Shown in pieces: positions 14,045 through 27,614 of a stretch of 64,000 nucleotides of DNA. The stretch spans positions 65,038,001 through 65,102,000 of the forward strand of contig OX597832.1 in the NCBI GenBank assembly GCA_951406725.2. The letters run 5' to 3'. The DNA is from Octopus vulgaris. Its lineage: Eukaryota. The notes under the pieces are model-generated. The model was not told the origin of the DNA. It did no database searches and worked only from the letters and a program-made list of their open reading frames with translations. Positions within the stretch are counted from its first letter, which is position 1, and each line of letters begins with the position of its first letter. The position numbers and the translations under genes were made by a program.

Positions 14045-14370
14045 AGCCCCCATCGGTCATGCCTAATCGTAGGATTGCACCTTGAAAGTTACTCTCCGAG
14101 GTACATGTCCGGGCAAGGTTGTTAAGGGAAGACCAGCTGTCGGTCATGCATACCGGCCTCCTCTCTCCACGCCACCAGTGTTATCCAAGGGAAAGGCAGA
14201 GGCCGATACAGCTGGACACCTGTGACGTCGCAACTCATTTCTACAGCTGAGTGAACTGGAGCAACGTGAAATAAAGTGTCTTGCTCAAGAACACAACACG
14301 CAGCCCGGTCAGTGATTCGAACTCACAACCTCACGATCGAAGCTCTAACCACCGAGCCATGCGCATTCAC
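14045..14370 (-). mobile_element. tRNA-derived SINE (family B)
   Basis: Minus strand reads tggctcggtggttagag (A box), gagttcgaatc (B box), then ttgagcaagacactttatttcacgttgctccagttcactcagctg. Confidence 0.75.
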
Positions 14371-14499
14371 ATATATAAATATATGTATATATGTATATGT
14401 GTATATATATATACATATGATAATAATATTAGGGAGTAAATCCAAACTTACCGGGAAAAATTAGATTTAGGATTAAATCAAATTTCACAGTATAAATAT

Positions 14500-15269
14500 A
14501 AATTATATTAGGGATAAAACCACTATTAGGCAAATCAAACAACGAAAACATAAACCAAAACATAAAAATAAATATAATTAATATAATATACAAAATATAT
14601 AAAATATAATTTTTAATTTATATTTATAAATTTTTATTTTTTATTTTTTATTTATTTTTAAAATTTAAATTTATAATTTTTTAAACTTTTAATTTTTTAA
14701 TATTTATATTTATTTACTTATTTATTATTTTTTAAAAATAATTTTCAAAAAGTTATTAAACAATTTAATATAATATAGTAAGTAAAACCACTACGTACGT
14801 TTCATGGCCATAACTCAATTCGAATTACAATAATTTAAATTCAATTAAAAATTCGAATTATAATCATAGTCAATCTTCAGGTTAAGATAATAGTTAAATA
14901 AATAAGCAAATATATTTAAACAATATTTTTCAAGAAATAAAATAATAAATAAAATAATATAATAATATAATAATATAATAATATGATAATATAATAATAA
15001 AATATATATAATAATAAAATTTAAAAAAAATAATAATAAATAAATATATTATTAAAAAATTAAAAGTTTAAACATTTATAAATTTAAAATTTAAAAAATA
15101 ACAAAAATTTATAAATATAAATTAAAAATTTTAAATTTAAATAATTTAATCTTAAATTTTATATTTCATATATTTTGTATATTATATAAATTATATTTAT
15201 TTTTATGTTTTGGTTTATGTTTTTCACTGTTTGATTTGCCTAATAGTGGTTTTATCTCTAATATAATTT
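14500..15269. repeat. Long AT-rich inverted repeat (about 270-bp arms) with an HHR in the spacer; Penelope-type inverted terminus
   Basis: attatattagggataaaaccactattaggcaaatcaaaca is the near reverse complement of tgtttgatttgcctaatagtggttttatctctaatataat. Confidence 0.85.
14787..14885 (-). ncRNA. Degenerate type I hammerhead ribozyme motif
   Basis: Minus strand reads CTGAAGA, then a long stem II (aattcgaatt pairs), then GAAA-C-gtac-GTA-gtgg. Stem I is weak. Confidence 0.6.
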
Positions 15270-15274
15270 TTATA

Positions 15275-15305
<31 letters not shown>

Positions 15306-15434
15306 CTATATATATATATGTATGTACGTATATATGTATGTATATATGTATAAATATAATCGGCTGTACCGTTCGTCTTTGTTCGGCTTCGTGTGGATCT
15401 TGCCGTTCGGTTCAGCAAATTATATTTCTGATAT

Positions 15435-15510
15435 ACTCTACTGACGATTCGAAAATACTTATGTAAGTAAAACTACATCATCTATTAACGATGAAACAAT
15501 TGTATAGAGT
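15435..15510 (+). ncRNA. Type I hammerhead ribozyme motif, intact core
   Basis: Stem I is actcta/tagagt, the core is CTGACGA at 15441-15447, stem II is (t)tcg/cga(t), and stem III reads GAAA-C-aatt-GTA (palindrome ACAATTGT). Confidence 0.75.
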
Positions 15511-15664
15511 TAATCTATTTTTTCGTTATTTTTCATTTGTCCTGCTCGCTTACATTCTTGGCGTGTTGAATTAATTCTTGAGAACAATTATTTAGTGGCG
15601 GATTCCCTTTGCGGATCTATATCTAGCGTTAGAGTGACTACATGGTGGACTCTCTCTTATTATT

Positions 15665-15711
<47 letters not shown>

Positions 15712-15713
<2 letters not shown>

Positions 15714-15765
15714 TTTATTTAAAGCAGCAGAAAATTCTACAAAACCTGTTACTCTGAGTTTCACA
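15712..15765 (-). mobile_element. Fragment of the HHR-bearing repeat at 53710-53914
   Basis: ctttatttaaagcagcagaaaattctacaaaacctgttactctgagtttc is shared with that element and abuts (TA)n. Confidence 0.8.
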
Positions 15766-16035
15766 GTAGGGTAAAACCCTGAAAGCCTCAAGTGTTTGTA
15801 GAATACGGTCGGTGTGTAAGTACCAAATCTAATTTCAACCTTACGTCCAACTTAGTGTTGGTTTAGATGTGGCGCAGGTATAAAAATCAGATCAGTGATG
15901 GGATTTAAATTTTTGCGATTACTATTGGGGTAGAATTTTATTGATGTATTCATGTATTACATCATAACAAATAATTCACCATACATAATCTATCAATTAC
16001 AAACACACATACACGCACACATACACACTCACACT

Positions 16036-16078
<43 letters not shown>

Positions 16079-16136
16079 GTATGCGAACTATTTATAGAAA
16101 GAAAGGGGGATAGACAAAGGGAGAGGGCAAAGCAAA

Positions 16137-16280
16137 GGATGGCTGTGTTGTAAGAAATTTGCTTTCCAACCATATAGTTCCGGGTGACAATTTTGGCAAG
16201 TGTCTTCTACTATAACCCTGGGGCCGAACAAAATCTTATGAGTAGATTTGGTGGACGGAAACTGAAAGAAGACCGTCATA
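16137..16280 (+). mobile_element. SINE family A, 5' module
   Basis: tggctgtgttgtaag...ggcaagtgtcttctactataacc...gacggaaactgaaagaagaccgtc. Confidence 0.8.
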
Positions 16281-16369
16281 TATATATATATATATATGTG
16301 TGTGTGTTTGTGAATGAAGCGGTGACATTCTGGAAACACCAAGAGACTGCTATAGTAGTCTATTAAAGA

Positions 16370-17270
16370 CGGTTAGGACCTCGCAACTACACCGCCAAGA
16401 GGTGAAAAAAGCACCAACATTAGGAGCAAGGGAGAGTTCTTGGTGCAAAGGATCCGTGACTCAATAGAGGAGGATCGCTTGGTGAAGACAGTAGATCTTA
16501 TACATTTACGATAATGGATACAGTCGGACGAGGCACTCAAACATCCACTGTCCTAAAAGGAAGTCTTGGATACTGACCCGGGAAAATTGTTCTTCTCCTT
16601 CGTACTTTGCGAAACTCAACCTTAAGAAATAGTTTAAAGAAGGCTGCTCCTGAAAGAAATGTGGAGTAATTCTTTCCACTCTGGATCACATTTTGACCGG
16701 ATGCCGTTGGACACAGAGAGAATCCCGATACATATGGAGACATGGCAAGATCCTTGCATAAATCGCTAAATGGACTGAGATGCAAATAGTGAAGGTGCAA
16801 TCAGTGAAACTCCATTCACAACCAGAGGGGGTGAGATTCCTTAAGGAAAGCGACAAAGTACCCAAGAAGAAAGCAATAGCAAAGAAGGAGTTTTCAGTTT
16901 TGCAATCAACATGAGAAAGGCAGATGAAAGAGGAAACTGAAGGGCAGACTTGTCTTCTCAGAACAGATAGCAGTAACATCATTCCGACTTAAAATGTTCC
17001 TGTTCTACGGGATTACAACAACCACCCATTTGTGGAAAACCCAGTGTTCTGAGAGGACAGACTCCATATTTCCCTTGGTAAATATTTCGTTAATCAGGAA
17101 TTGATTTACGAGGCCTTTGTCGAGGAACGACATGTGCCTCATTCTCTATTGAGGTCGGCTTTTGCAGCTTTCCTGCAAAATTAGCGCGCTATTTCTTACA
17201 GAAGATATTTCTGGAACGCCAACTACGGAACGCTGCTCCAGACAAGGTAAAAGTACAGGCTAAGGGTGAA
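16370..17270 (+). pseudogene. Decayed HERO-like (RLE-type) non-LTR retrotransposon C-terminus
   Basis: From 16651: *KKCGVILSTLDHILTGC...RYIWRHGKIL (CCHC knuckle plus WRH). Downstream SIEVGFCSFPA resembles PIEVGCRGF. Confidence 0.7.
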
Positions 17271-17470
17271 GCAGTTGAGAAACTGCAATACCAACTGACC
17301 ATACAGAAGGGCTTCTAGCAAGGTGGTGGATTTAAAAGAACTTGCCAAACCTGTGAGGAGCTCCTTCAGTTTCTGTATAGGGCAAAGCTTCTCTGATGCT
17401 TGTTTCACCAGATTTTAAAAATACGCGTTCAGGTTGATTTATATGACTAAATTCATTAAAGGGACGCCCC

Positions 17471-17534
17471 AGCATCGCGATGCCTTAGCATGGCGATACC
17501 TTAGAATGGCGATGCCTTAGCATGGCGATGGCTT
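17471..17534 (+). repeat. 16-bp tandem repeat, 4 copies (agcatggcgatgcctt)
   Basis: Four consecutive units, each with one substitution from consensus. Confidence 0.9.
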
Positions 17535-19102
17535 AATAATAAGGAAAAGTGATAAAAAAACAAAACTATAAAAAAGCAAAGCAAAACAAATAAACTAAAC
17601 AAAAATAGAAGAAAAGACCAAGAAAAAACAAATGATATACGGGAATAGAATTGATAAGAATGAAGCAGAATTAGATTCTAACTAGAATAAAAAACAAGAA
17701 GCAAAGATAGTTTCTCCTTTCAAACTGAAATTTTTTCCGCAGCTTTAAAATGATTTGGTTCTGTTACACTTGAAACTCAAACGTGTTATTGATCAATGTT
17801 TCATATATTTGATATAGTTCACGAAATTCGTAAAAAGAAAAAGAAAAATAGAAAAAAATTACAGAGATTAAATTGACAAAGTCAATACTAATCGTGATAA
17901 AAATATATACAGTAACGGTTCGATTTAATCATTAGAATTTGATAGTCGTTTTGTTAAACTGGAAAATAATTAATCATGATATTCCAATTAATTAATAACA
18001 GATTGCAGCAATGTTATATCTAAATATACGATGCTATGTATTTTTACTGCTCGTTTAATGGTGGGCGTTTTTCTTTTTCTTCTGCTCGTGTGCATACAGA
18101 TATAATGTATTGTTCTGGCAGTCGTCACGAAGACTGCATGTTGCAGATAACAGCAGGCTGCGTGTTTCAGAGAGTAGCGAGAGAAATATATGGTGCTGTA
18201 CGGATTAGTATAAGACATTGCTATCGTTTTTACATTAGGGGATTTCTGCCACTGGAAATGAAATACATAAAAACTGTAGCCACGGCTCGGCCATTCCTGA
18301 GACAAAGATTGAGAATCTAGGTGGTCACAGTTGTTGCCGGAAGTAAGCAACAACATTTCCTTTACTATACATTACCTTTATTTTCTGAAAGACACAGCGG
18401 AGAGTGTATTTCCATGTAGACTGTGCCTGGAAACAAAAGTGCGATTGACATGACTAGAATGTTTTAGGTTTTATCAAAGGCTAACCAACCGCACGACAAC
18501 ATAATGACAACAACAACAATAGCAACAACCACTACCAGCACAATTATCACCGTCACCACCATCTCATTCACATCTACCATGACCAATTCAACAACAGCAA
18601 AACCCTTATGTCCGAAAGAATATGGGAATCTCGGTGCGAGATTCTGAGTTGCAGGAAATTCCAAACCAGATCTTTCTCAGTTCACAGCTTACTGTAGAGA
18701 AATTAAAAACTTGTCGCACAATGTAATCCTGGTATAAATATACGGCAGTATAATTAAGGTGCTTTGTTATAAGTATATTTAATCAAGATTGAGCTGGGGC
18801 CAAATTACAACATCAGCAGCAACAACCATGTCACATAACAAGGAGTCTCCTGGGAGTTGTATGATCTACTAGAAACAACAATCAAATGTCCTTCGTATCA
18901 CAATGTATCGTGTATGAATGACGAAATCACTGAAGAATGGCATGACAGGAATCCTATGACCAAATGGATGTCAGAATATTCAAAGGTGGGAAGTCTCCTC
19001 TTCGAACTGGGGATTAACCTGTGAATAAACATCAACAACATCAACCAAATCTCCTCCAAAAAGAACAGCAAAAAGAACAACGACAAGAGCAGCAGCAGCA
19101 GC

Positions 19103-19475
19103 AGTGGAGGGGGAATGGCCCAGTGGTTAGGGCAGCGGACTCGCGGTCGGAGGATCACGGTTTCGATTCCCAGACCGGGTGTTGTGTGTGTTTATTGAGC
19201 GAAAACACCTAAAGCTCTACGAATATCCGGCAGGTTATGGTGGCGACCCCTGCTGTACTCTTTCGCTTCAACTTTCTCTCACTCTTTCTTCCTGTTTCTT
19301 TTCCCCGACTTCCTACACAACCGCTGAGCCTGGATGCGCTTTCATCCATCCGTCGATGCTCTCGGTGTCGGGGGTTGACCTGCTTTCTCTTCTGCGGGTC
19401 TTACGAATAGCAAAGGGCCCCGTTTCGGACTTCTCCCACTGGGATGAAGACCGCTTCGCTCAACAAACAAACAAA
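19103..19475 (+). mobile_element. tRNA(Arg)-like SINE (family C)
   Basis: tggcccagtggttagggcagcggactcgcgg...ggtttcgattccc carries A and B boxes. A related reverse copy is at 38690-38976. Confidence 0.85.
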
Positions 19476-19964
19476 CAAGCAGCAGCAGCAGCAGTGGCAG
19501 TAAAAGTGGCAACAACAATCACAACAGCAGTAAATGCAACAAACCCCAAGCAAACAAAAAAAAAAAACTCGCAATAACTATAACAAGCAAAAAAAAGCAA
19601 GCAACAACAACTAAAAATAGCAACAAATGCTATAACCAAAATATGGCAGCAGCAGCAACACGGAGAACCACAAAAGAACAATGGCAACAACTTCCAAAAA
19701 ATAGCAACAGCGACCTTCTCTTCGTAGACATTCATCTTAAGGCTTCATTGTAACCCGTAGTTTCTGAAATCTATAATGTATTTCATTGATAATCGTCTTT
19801 TTAAGGACCGTTGCGTTCTGTTTAAAAAGAATTTTGGCGGCTCTTTCTAATGCGTCGAGAAATCATAGTGTGAAGGTAAATGTATATGTGTCTGTTTGTG
19901 TGTGTGTGTGAGTTTATGTATGAGCGTTCTGTGCGTTATTGTGTATTTATGAGTGTGTTAATGT

Positions 19965-20017
<53 letters not shown>

Positions 20018-22222
20018 GCTGTATGGCTGAATGCTGTTTGCTGCGCACTCACAAAGGTCAAGCTTGAGACCACTGCGTATCACGGCTCCCCGGGAGAAGG
20101 AAATTTCATTTGCTACAAACCTTCTGTTAACCCAAAACAGTCAAACTGTGCAGAGGGAAATCGACAAACGGGTTGCACTGTTTTTGATGTAAACGTACGG
20201 CTATGTTACAAATTGAAAAACACCGATTCTTTGTGAAGATTAAGTTAAAGCTTTACCTGTCTCTACAACACTTAGCCCTTAAAACATTAAATCAAATGTG
20301 GGAGTAGATCAGTCAATCGAACGAGAGAAAATGCATCGTCGATTCTGACTGAGGTCCATTTACTTTTTCATGCGCGTATATGTGAAATTTTATTTTTGTA
20401 TTTTATATATTTTCGGTAGCACTTTGTTTTCTTTTGTAACTTTTACATGAGTTTCTATAGGAGACATTTATGTTATCTAAACGATTACATTTGATATTCC
20501 CCGGCTGGGGATGGTGAGTGAAGCAAGCATTTAGTTTTTGGTCGCTAGTTATTCATTTTACTCTTACTTTGTACACCCTGTTAACAATAACTTTTCCTGT
20601 TTGCATGAATCGGGTGTCGTCACTTCAACCATGACTGTTCAGAATGTTGTTGCTGTTGAGAAATAAGTTTCTAACTTGAAAATGTTTACCAAGCGAAGTG
20701 GTGCTTTCATGATATAAAAGGATTGTTTCAGCAATTTGATGTTGAGAATCGCTTTTAGGTATCTTTGCTGGATTAGATATGTCAAAATGCCGGCGGTATA
20801 TTATGTATATTTAAACTGAATACAATGATAGAACGAAACCACAGCTACGCATTTTGGTTATCAAAGAAAATATTGTGAAGATATTAGGCTATTTATTTAT
20901 TTATTTTTTCTGTTCTTCAAACAACAACGCCTTTAAATGTTATAAGAGGAAAACAAGAGATGCAACGCAATCACGATTTTCTTCCTATGGTATTTCTCTG
21001 TGAACATGATTTGTGATTGCTTACAAACAGGAACGAAAGAAAAAAGCTTGCCATGTTGTATAGGATTGCCGGGAGCATATCTCTTGAACTACAGAGCACA
21101 CCTCACATGTTGGCACGTTCCATTTGAACATGGAATCACCGAGCTGAGACGGAAGGTTGTCTTTTAGGCTTACAATATAAGTTGTTTCCTGGTAAAAAAA
21201 GAAAAAAAGCGAAAATTTTAAAAATGACATGAAATATCACATGTACATGCTGCCAGATGACAGAACTCACGTGGAATAAAAGCTGAGAGCCGCATATCTT
21301 TTGTAATATTATCTCAGAGAATGATGTGATGTCGGGGTGAAAGGAAACGAAAAAAAATCAATGACAAAAGTCGTCCTTTTAAATAAAAGCAAACAGAAAT
21401 TATTCTAACAGAGTAAAGAATGAAGGTGATGCGCGGGGTTATGAGATATCTGAGATTTACTAACACACAGACACACGCACACTGTGCAAGAATACACGAA
21501 CAATACGTACCCCCTCAGCACGCATAAACAAACACGCACAAACACGTATACAGCTCGCGTACGTACAAATGCGACAAGCACTGATAAATTCATATACAAT
21601 CATGCATACATTGATACATACAGACACGCATGCACAGAATATTCGTGAGTTTATATGGGTAAGTGTGTGCGTACGTGTGTACGTATTCGTGTATGCTAAT
21701 ATACATACATGTATGTTCATATATATATATAAACATACATATGATTTTATAAATATAAACATAGATATAAGTATATTTACACACACATAAACATATGCAT
21801 ATGTATGTAAAAGTATATATATATACATGTATGTATATATATATTTGTGTGTCTGTGTGTGTACTTGTGTGTATGTATCTATGTAAGCACATATGTGTGC
21901 GTTGTATCTATGCGTGCGTGCGCGTGTCTGAGTTAAGCTTTAGTTGTTGAATATACCTGAATATATTCGAAACATAAATACTTTATTTTATGGAGAACTC
22001 ATTACAAATCACAGAGCTTAATTCCGCATCCATATTATGTTATATGACAATAAATTTTGATGGTGTCCTATAAAAGTTCCACCGTGTAACCAGTGTCTGA
22101 ATAAGCTGGGTAAATACCTAAACATATATATAACCATCACAATTTCCTATTCGATACAAAAGCGATACAAACTTATACACCATTATCTGTAAGAACATAT
22201 ATGTATTTAAGTAGGTATGTAA

Positions 22223-22278
<56 letters not shown>

Positions 22279-22279
22279 G

Positions 22280-22361
<82 letters not shown>

Positions 22362-22730
22362 ATATGTATGATATGTATGTGCGTGTATACACATAGGTAT
22401 TCTGTACAGTTTAGAGATATATTAAAGGTAGTAATGTGTCCGAATTTAATCGTTATTATTAAAGACATTTTCACATATAATTATTAGTCGTTTCTGTTTA
22501 GTTAGGGACAATAATGATGCTAGGTCTATTAATGTGTGAGGAAACGTAGCCGATAAGGTCTTGGAAAGTTACAAAACCCAGCCACGTTATTGGTCCAGAC
22601 TAAACAGAAAGCAGTAATAAATTTATATGAAAAATATTTAATAAGAACAGATCATTTTCAAGCGAAGACTTGTCTTCAATGTAATATATATTTCAGAATG
22701 AAAAGCTGTTGTGTATATACATACATACTT

Positions 22731-22761
<31 letters not shown>

Positions 22762-22787
22762 CATACACATATACAGGTATGTATAAT

Positions 22788-22830
<43 letters not shown>

Positions 22831-22844
22831 ATGTATATATATAT

Positions 22845-23182
22845 CTTCTCTTTTTACCCTTATACTCTTTTACCGGTTTCAATCATTTGACTGCGGCCAT
22901 GCTAGAGTACCGCCTTTAGTGGAACAAATTGTCCCCAGGATTTATTATTTGTTAGCCTAGTACTAATTCTATCGGATCACTATTGCCGAACCGCTAAGTT
23001 ACGGGGACGTAAACACACCAGCATAGGTTGTCAAGCAACACTGGGGAGGGGGGCTCAAAACCACACACACAGACACACACACATACGACGGGATTCTCTC
23101 AGTTTCCGCCTACCAAATTCACTAACAAGGCTTTGGTCGGCCCGTGGCTCTAGTAGAAGACGCACAAGGTTCTATGCAGTCA

Positions 23183-23185
<3 letters not shown>
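22845..23185 (-). mobile_element. SINE family A
   Basis: Reverse complement of both modules (catttgactgcggccatgct...; ggctttggtcggccc). Confidence 0.85.
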
Positions 23186-23220
<35 letters not shown>

Positions 23221-23480
23221 TTTAGAACAAGTTTAAATAATAGTCATTATACATTTTAACTCCTTTTTTACTATGTCACTCTGTATAAGAACCAACTTGT
23301 CTGGAGGCCAACCACGGATTTACAATATAGGATTGTGATGAACCATAACTTTGCAACCTGTCTTTAGAAAACCTGAATTTCTTCACTAATCTAAATAATA
23401 TTGTTAATCCGTATTGCCAGATTATGAAGCATTTCATCTAGATTAATAAATCATTATTATTACATATATATATATATACA

Positions 23481-23738
23481 CAGTAATACCTCGCCATTTC
23501 GAGGTTCACTTATCGCGGTTCGCCTATCGCTTTTCACCTATCGCGGTTTATTATTTATGTTTACGTTGACCATTCTTCCGAGGTGTTCTTTTGCATTTAT
23601 TATAAAATAAATATATACAAATTATAAAAATAGTTATAAAAATATACAGTAAAGTACTGTTTTTACTTCGTGGATCTTCACATATCGAGGTGGGTGCGCG
23701 TTTGGAACACAACATCCTCGATAATCGAGAGATTACTA
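23481..23738. mobile_element. Tc1/mariner (pogo/Tigger-like) MITE
   Basis: TIRs cagtaatacctcg / cgagagattacta in a TA context, with internal tatcgcg repeats. Confidence 0.65.
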
Positions 23739-24059
23739 TATGTATATCATATAATACATACACACACACATACATACATACATACATACATACACACATA
23801 CTTACAAGCATGCCTACGAGAACATATATATATATATATATATACATATATACTGCGTAAATATAAATACGACTTCCATAATATATTCACACAAGCGCAC
23901 ACACACTCATATGTGCGCGAGTATTTGTAGGTATGTCTGTGTATGCATCGTGTATGTATTTATATATCTGTGTGTAAGTGCTTGCGTATCCGTGTGTATG
24001 TACATGTATAAAAATTTACACATGAAAGTACACACACACACACACACACATACACACAA

Positions 24060-24126
<67 letters not shown>

Positions 24127-24145
24127 GATGCATATAAATACTCAC

Positions 24146-24199
<54 letters not shown>

Positions 24200-25279
24200 C
24201 TGTGCATGTATATATATACATATATAAATGTTTATTCATATATATGTGTACATATACATGTATTTGTATATACATATATACATGCATATATATATTTATA
24301 TTTATATATATATAAATGTATATGTATATATACATATATAAATATTTATTTATATATATGTGTACATATACATGTATATGTATATACATATATACATATA
24401 TATATATATCTTGGCAAACACTCACGCACAACGTAACACAGACACACATATACAAACACACACACACACATATATATATATATATGCGCGCACAGATGTG
24501 AGAGAGACAATTATATTTCTGCGTGATCAGTTTATGGAACACCGTATTAATGATCGATAAAAACCATTGAGCTCTACAGTAATCTGTCTCTTCGTTTCGT
24601 TTTCAATTTTCAAAAATATTTTTCACACTTCATTCATTTGTAGTTTTAACATTTTAACCACTTACCGAAGTTTAAATTCTGCAAATTTACTCAAAGACTT
24701 CGCTTCATTTGAATATTTCCCCCTTGTAATTGTTATACTTCATTGTTTGGAAATATTGAGTCTAACTCTCCCTTCGTATAATGGAGTTTTGTTATTCATA
24801 TTCGTCTTGCAACGTTATTAAAATGATTGTTGTATAGAAGCAGACAGTGTTGAATTTTAAGAAGGTTATACTGCCAGCGATCACACGTATTTGTTATATT
24901 TTATTTCAGTGTCATTACCAGTCAACTATAGAATGAATCAGATGATCAACTTGACGATGGATGAGTCTGTGAACGTCCCTTTGTTCAGTCTGTGACCTTA
25001 TAAATGTCAATATGCTCCCCATCCTCCGCTTTCTTCTAAACACAATCATTGTCTGGTTTCTCTCCGTTTGCTAGGCCATGTAAAGGGCACATAATCACTG
25101 AAATAGTTACAGATTGTGAGAAAAGAACAATGACAGAACAATCAATCAATGAAGTGATCAGCTGATTCATTTCCTAATTAATTAGTAATACAATTGATGT
25201 GAGACGTAGCCAGTGAGTGTAATTTTATTGGCAATATGATCTTCCCAAAATACAACCATTGAGTGTTTTGCATTGCACG

Positions 25280-26465
25280 TAGGACCATGGACAAAGCTCA
25301 AGAGGCCGAGGAAGGGCGAATGGCACCGCGAGTGTCGCGTTGCTCTCAAGCAACTCTGCCGTCCTGGGTCGACCTTGAGTGACTTCATGACAATCAAAGC
25401 ATTCTATAGGGGATTAGTGGAGGGGAGGTACGACGACGAGCTCGGGGCGAACCTGGACGTCGACGATGAGTACCTGACCCGTCTGTTCGGGACGACTTTC
25501 GGGCCAAGGCCCATGGACAACTTCCAGAGATCCCTGGCCTGGCAGTGCTACCGAGAAGCGCTACCCGTTCGGGATAAGCTCTACAGACACGGCTCGAGAA
25601 ACACGGGGCCGACCTGCCCGAGATGCGGTCAGAGCGACGAAACCGTTCTGCACGCACTCGTGCAGTGTCCAACAATTTCCGACCTGTGGTCTTATGTCGA
25701 ACAACTGCTGTCACGTGTGGGACGAGTCGGTTTATCAGCTGAGTCTATTGTCAATATTGTCACGCCTCCTTCCTTCAAACGGGAAGGAAGAGCTATTTTC
25801 GTCATCCTTGTGGCTATGGCGAAAGAATGTATCTGGTGGACGCGTCTGAAAGGATTGGAGACAAACACTTTCCTCTCTGGTCAATCTCATCAACTTCTTC
25901 AAGTACCACTTGAAAAGGAAAGTGAGAGTAGAGAGGCAAGTTTTGTCTAGCGAATGTTTTAAAAAAGATGGGTGAATGTAGCAAGGATGGCACGTATGAA
26001 TGACGAAGCCACCTTGAGCATAATCCTATGAACCCAGAAATTGAAAACAGAGGGTTAGCCACTTGCAAACAAATGTGGTAACATATAACAATATTGACCA
26101 AGGTTACCGTGGTCTTTTTCGTAGGCTTTTCTTCCCACGGATAAACCTTACTTGCTTTCCCCTTTACACCATACATCATAACACTGTGATACACGATCAC
26201 TATTGATCGTTTTTTTCCTCTTCCCCTTCTTTTTCCCCTTTTTTCTTCTTTTTTTCATTTCTCTTTTCTTTTGTTCCTTTTCCTTTTTCCTTTTTTTTCT
26301 TCATTTTTGTTCTTTTTTCCCTTTTACGATCCCTATTGATCGGAAACCTACGCCACCTTTTTTTTTGTTTCTTTTGTTTTTTGTTTTTTTCATCCACCAA
26401 AAGAAAAGCTCTACCTTGTAACTTGTCCCATCTGTGTGCAGCCCTGTGTGGCCAATAAAGAAACT
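25280..26465 (+). mobile_element. L1/Tx1-clade LINE 3' end (post-RT region, zf-RVT, T-rich 3' UTR)
   Basis: LPVRDKL...CPRCGQSDETVLHALVQC (CCHC) and a frameshift near 25890. The UTR ends cagccctgtgtggccaataaagaaa. Confidence 0.88.
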
Positions 26466-26894
26466 TATCTTCCAAATTAGAACGTTACCACAAAAACAAC
26501 AAACGTTTACAAAGTGTTCTGATTGAATATGCTGATTAAATATATGTTACAGTTACATATCAATTGTAGTGAAGTATATACGATACATTCATCACGCGTG
26601 TATTACTGCTACTTATTCATCAGACTATACACACACATACACACACACATACACGCGTGCACACATACTTTCTTAATCCAAATACTTTGTTAGTTCGCCG
26701 GTAGGGTACGTAATGGAGCGGTGGCGATGACTACTTCGAAGCGTCGGATCCTGAAATACACAGACAGACGAGACAACTAGCTTCAAATGCCATTCAGGAG
26801 CAATGGGCATCCAAGTTTCACCATGTTGGCGGCTTATAACATCACGCACCAGAACCAGACTGTAGACGAACTTAATCGCCAGTCAATGACTATA

Positions 26895-27110
26895 TTCTTT
26901 TGCTTGCTTCAGTCATTTGACTGCGGCCATGCTGGAGCACCGCCTTTAGTCGAACAATTCGACCCCGGACTTATTCTTTGTAAGACTAGTACTTATTCTA
27001 TCGGAAAACTTTTGCCGAACCGCTAATGTTACGGGGACGTAAACACACCAAAAACATTTGTAAAACGATGGTATGAGGACAAACACAAACACACAAACAT
27101 ACAAACACTC

Positions 27111-27180
<70 letters not shown>

Positions 27181-27341
27181 GACGGGCTTCTTTCAGTTTC
27201 CGTCTACCAAATCCACTCACAAGGCTTTGGTGGCCTGAGGCTACGGTAGAAGACACTTCCCCAAGGTGCCACGCAGTGGGACTGAACCTGGAAACTTGTG
27301 GTTGGTAAGCAAGCTACTTCCTCATAGCCACCCCTGCGCCT
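26895..27341 (-). mobile_element. SINE family A, near full length
   Basis: The tRNA-like head ends at cctgcgcc (27340). CORE-like segment, internal (TA)n and 3' module are all present. Confidence 0.9.
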
Positions 27342-27614
27342 ATATAGTGTAAAAAAAAAATTGCTGGTCTGCTCTGATGTCACATACGTAAGAATAAATT
27401 CAAATGTAGATTAGAAGAGCAGCGCTAGTATTGTAAACCCTACCGACAAAACATATAGAATGTGTAAGATTTGTATGTATGGAGGTAGCTTGCGATTTAG
27501 CACGGTGGGTATGACTACTTGAAAGCACCAAGTGTGTGTGTGCGCTTGTATATATATATAGACCACAAGCAACTAAACCTTTTTTCTATTTACTCTCCGT
27601 TTATTTCTGTCTTC

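Noticed and set aside
16651-16653. In-frame TGA at a zinc-knuckle Cys position (possible selenocysteine)
   Set aside because: The element has other stops and frameshifts and no SECIS was seen. A TGY-to-TGA mutation is simpler.
17471-17534. Short repeat array resembling CRISPR
   Set aside because: The units are contiguous with no spacers, and the context is eukaryotic.
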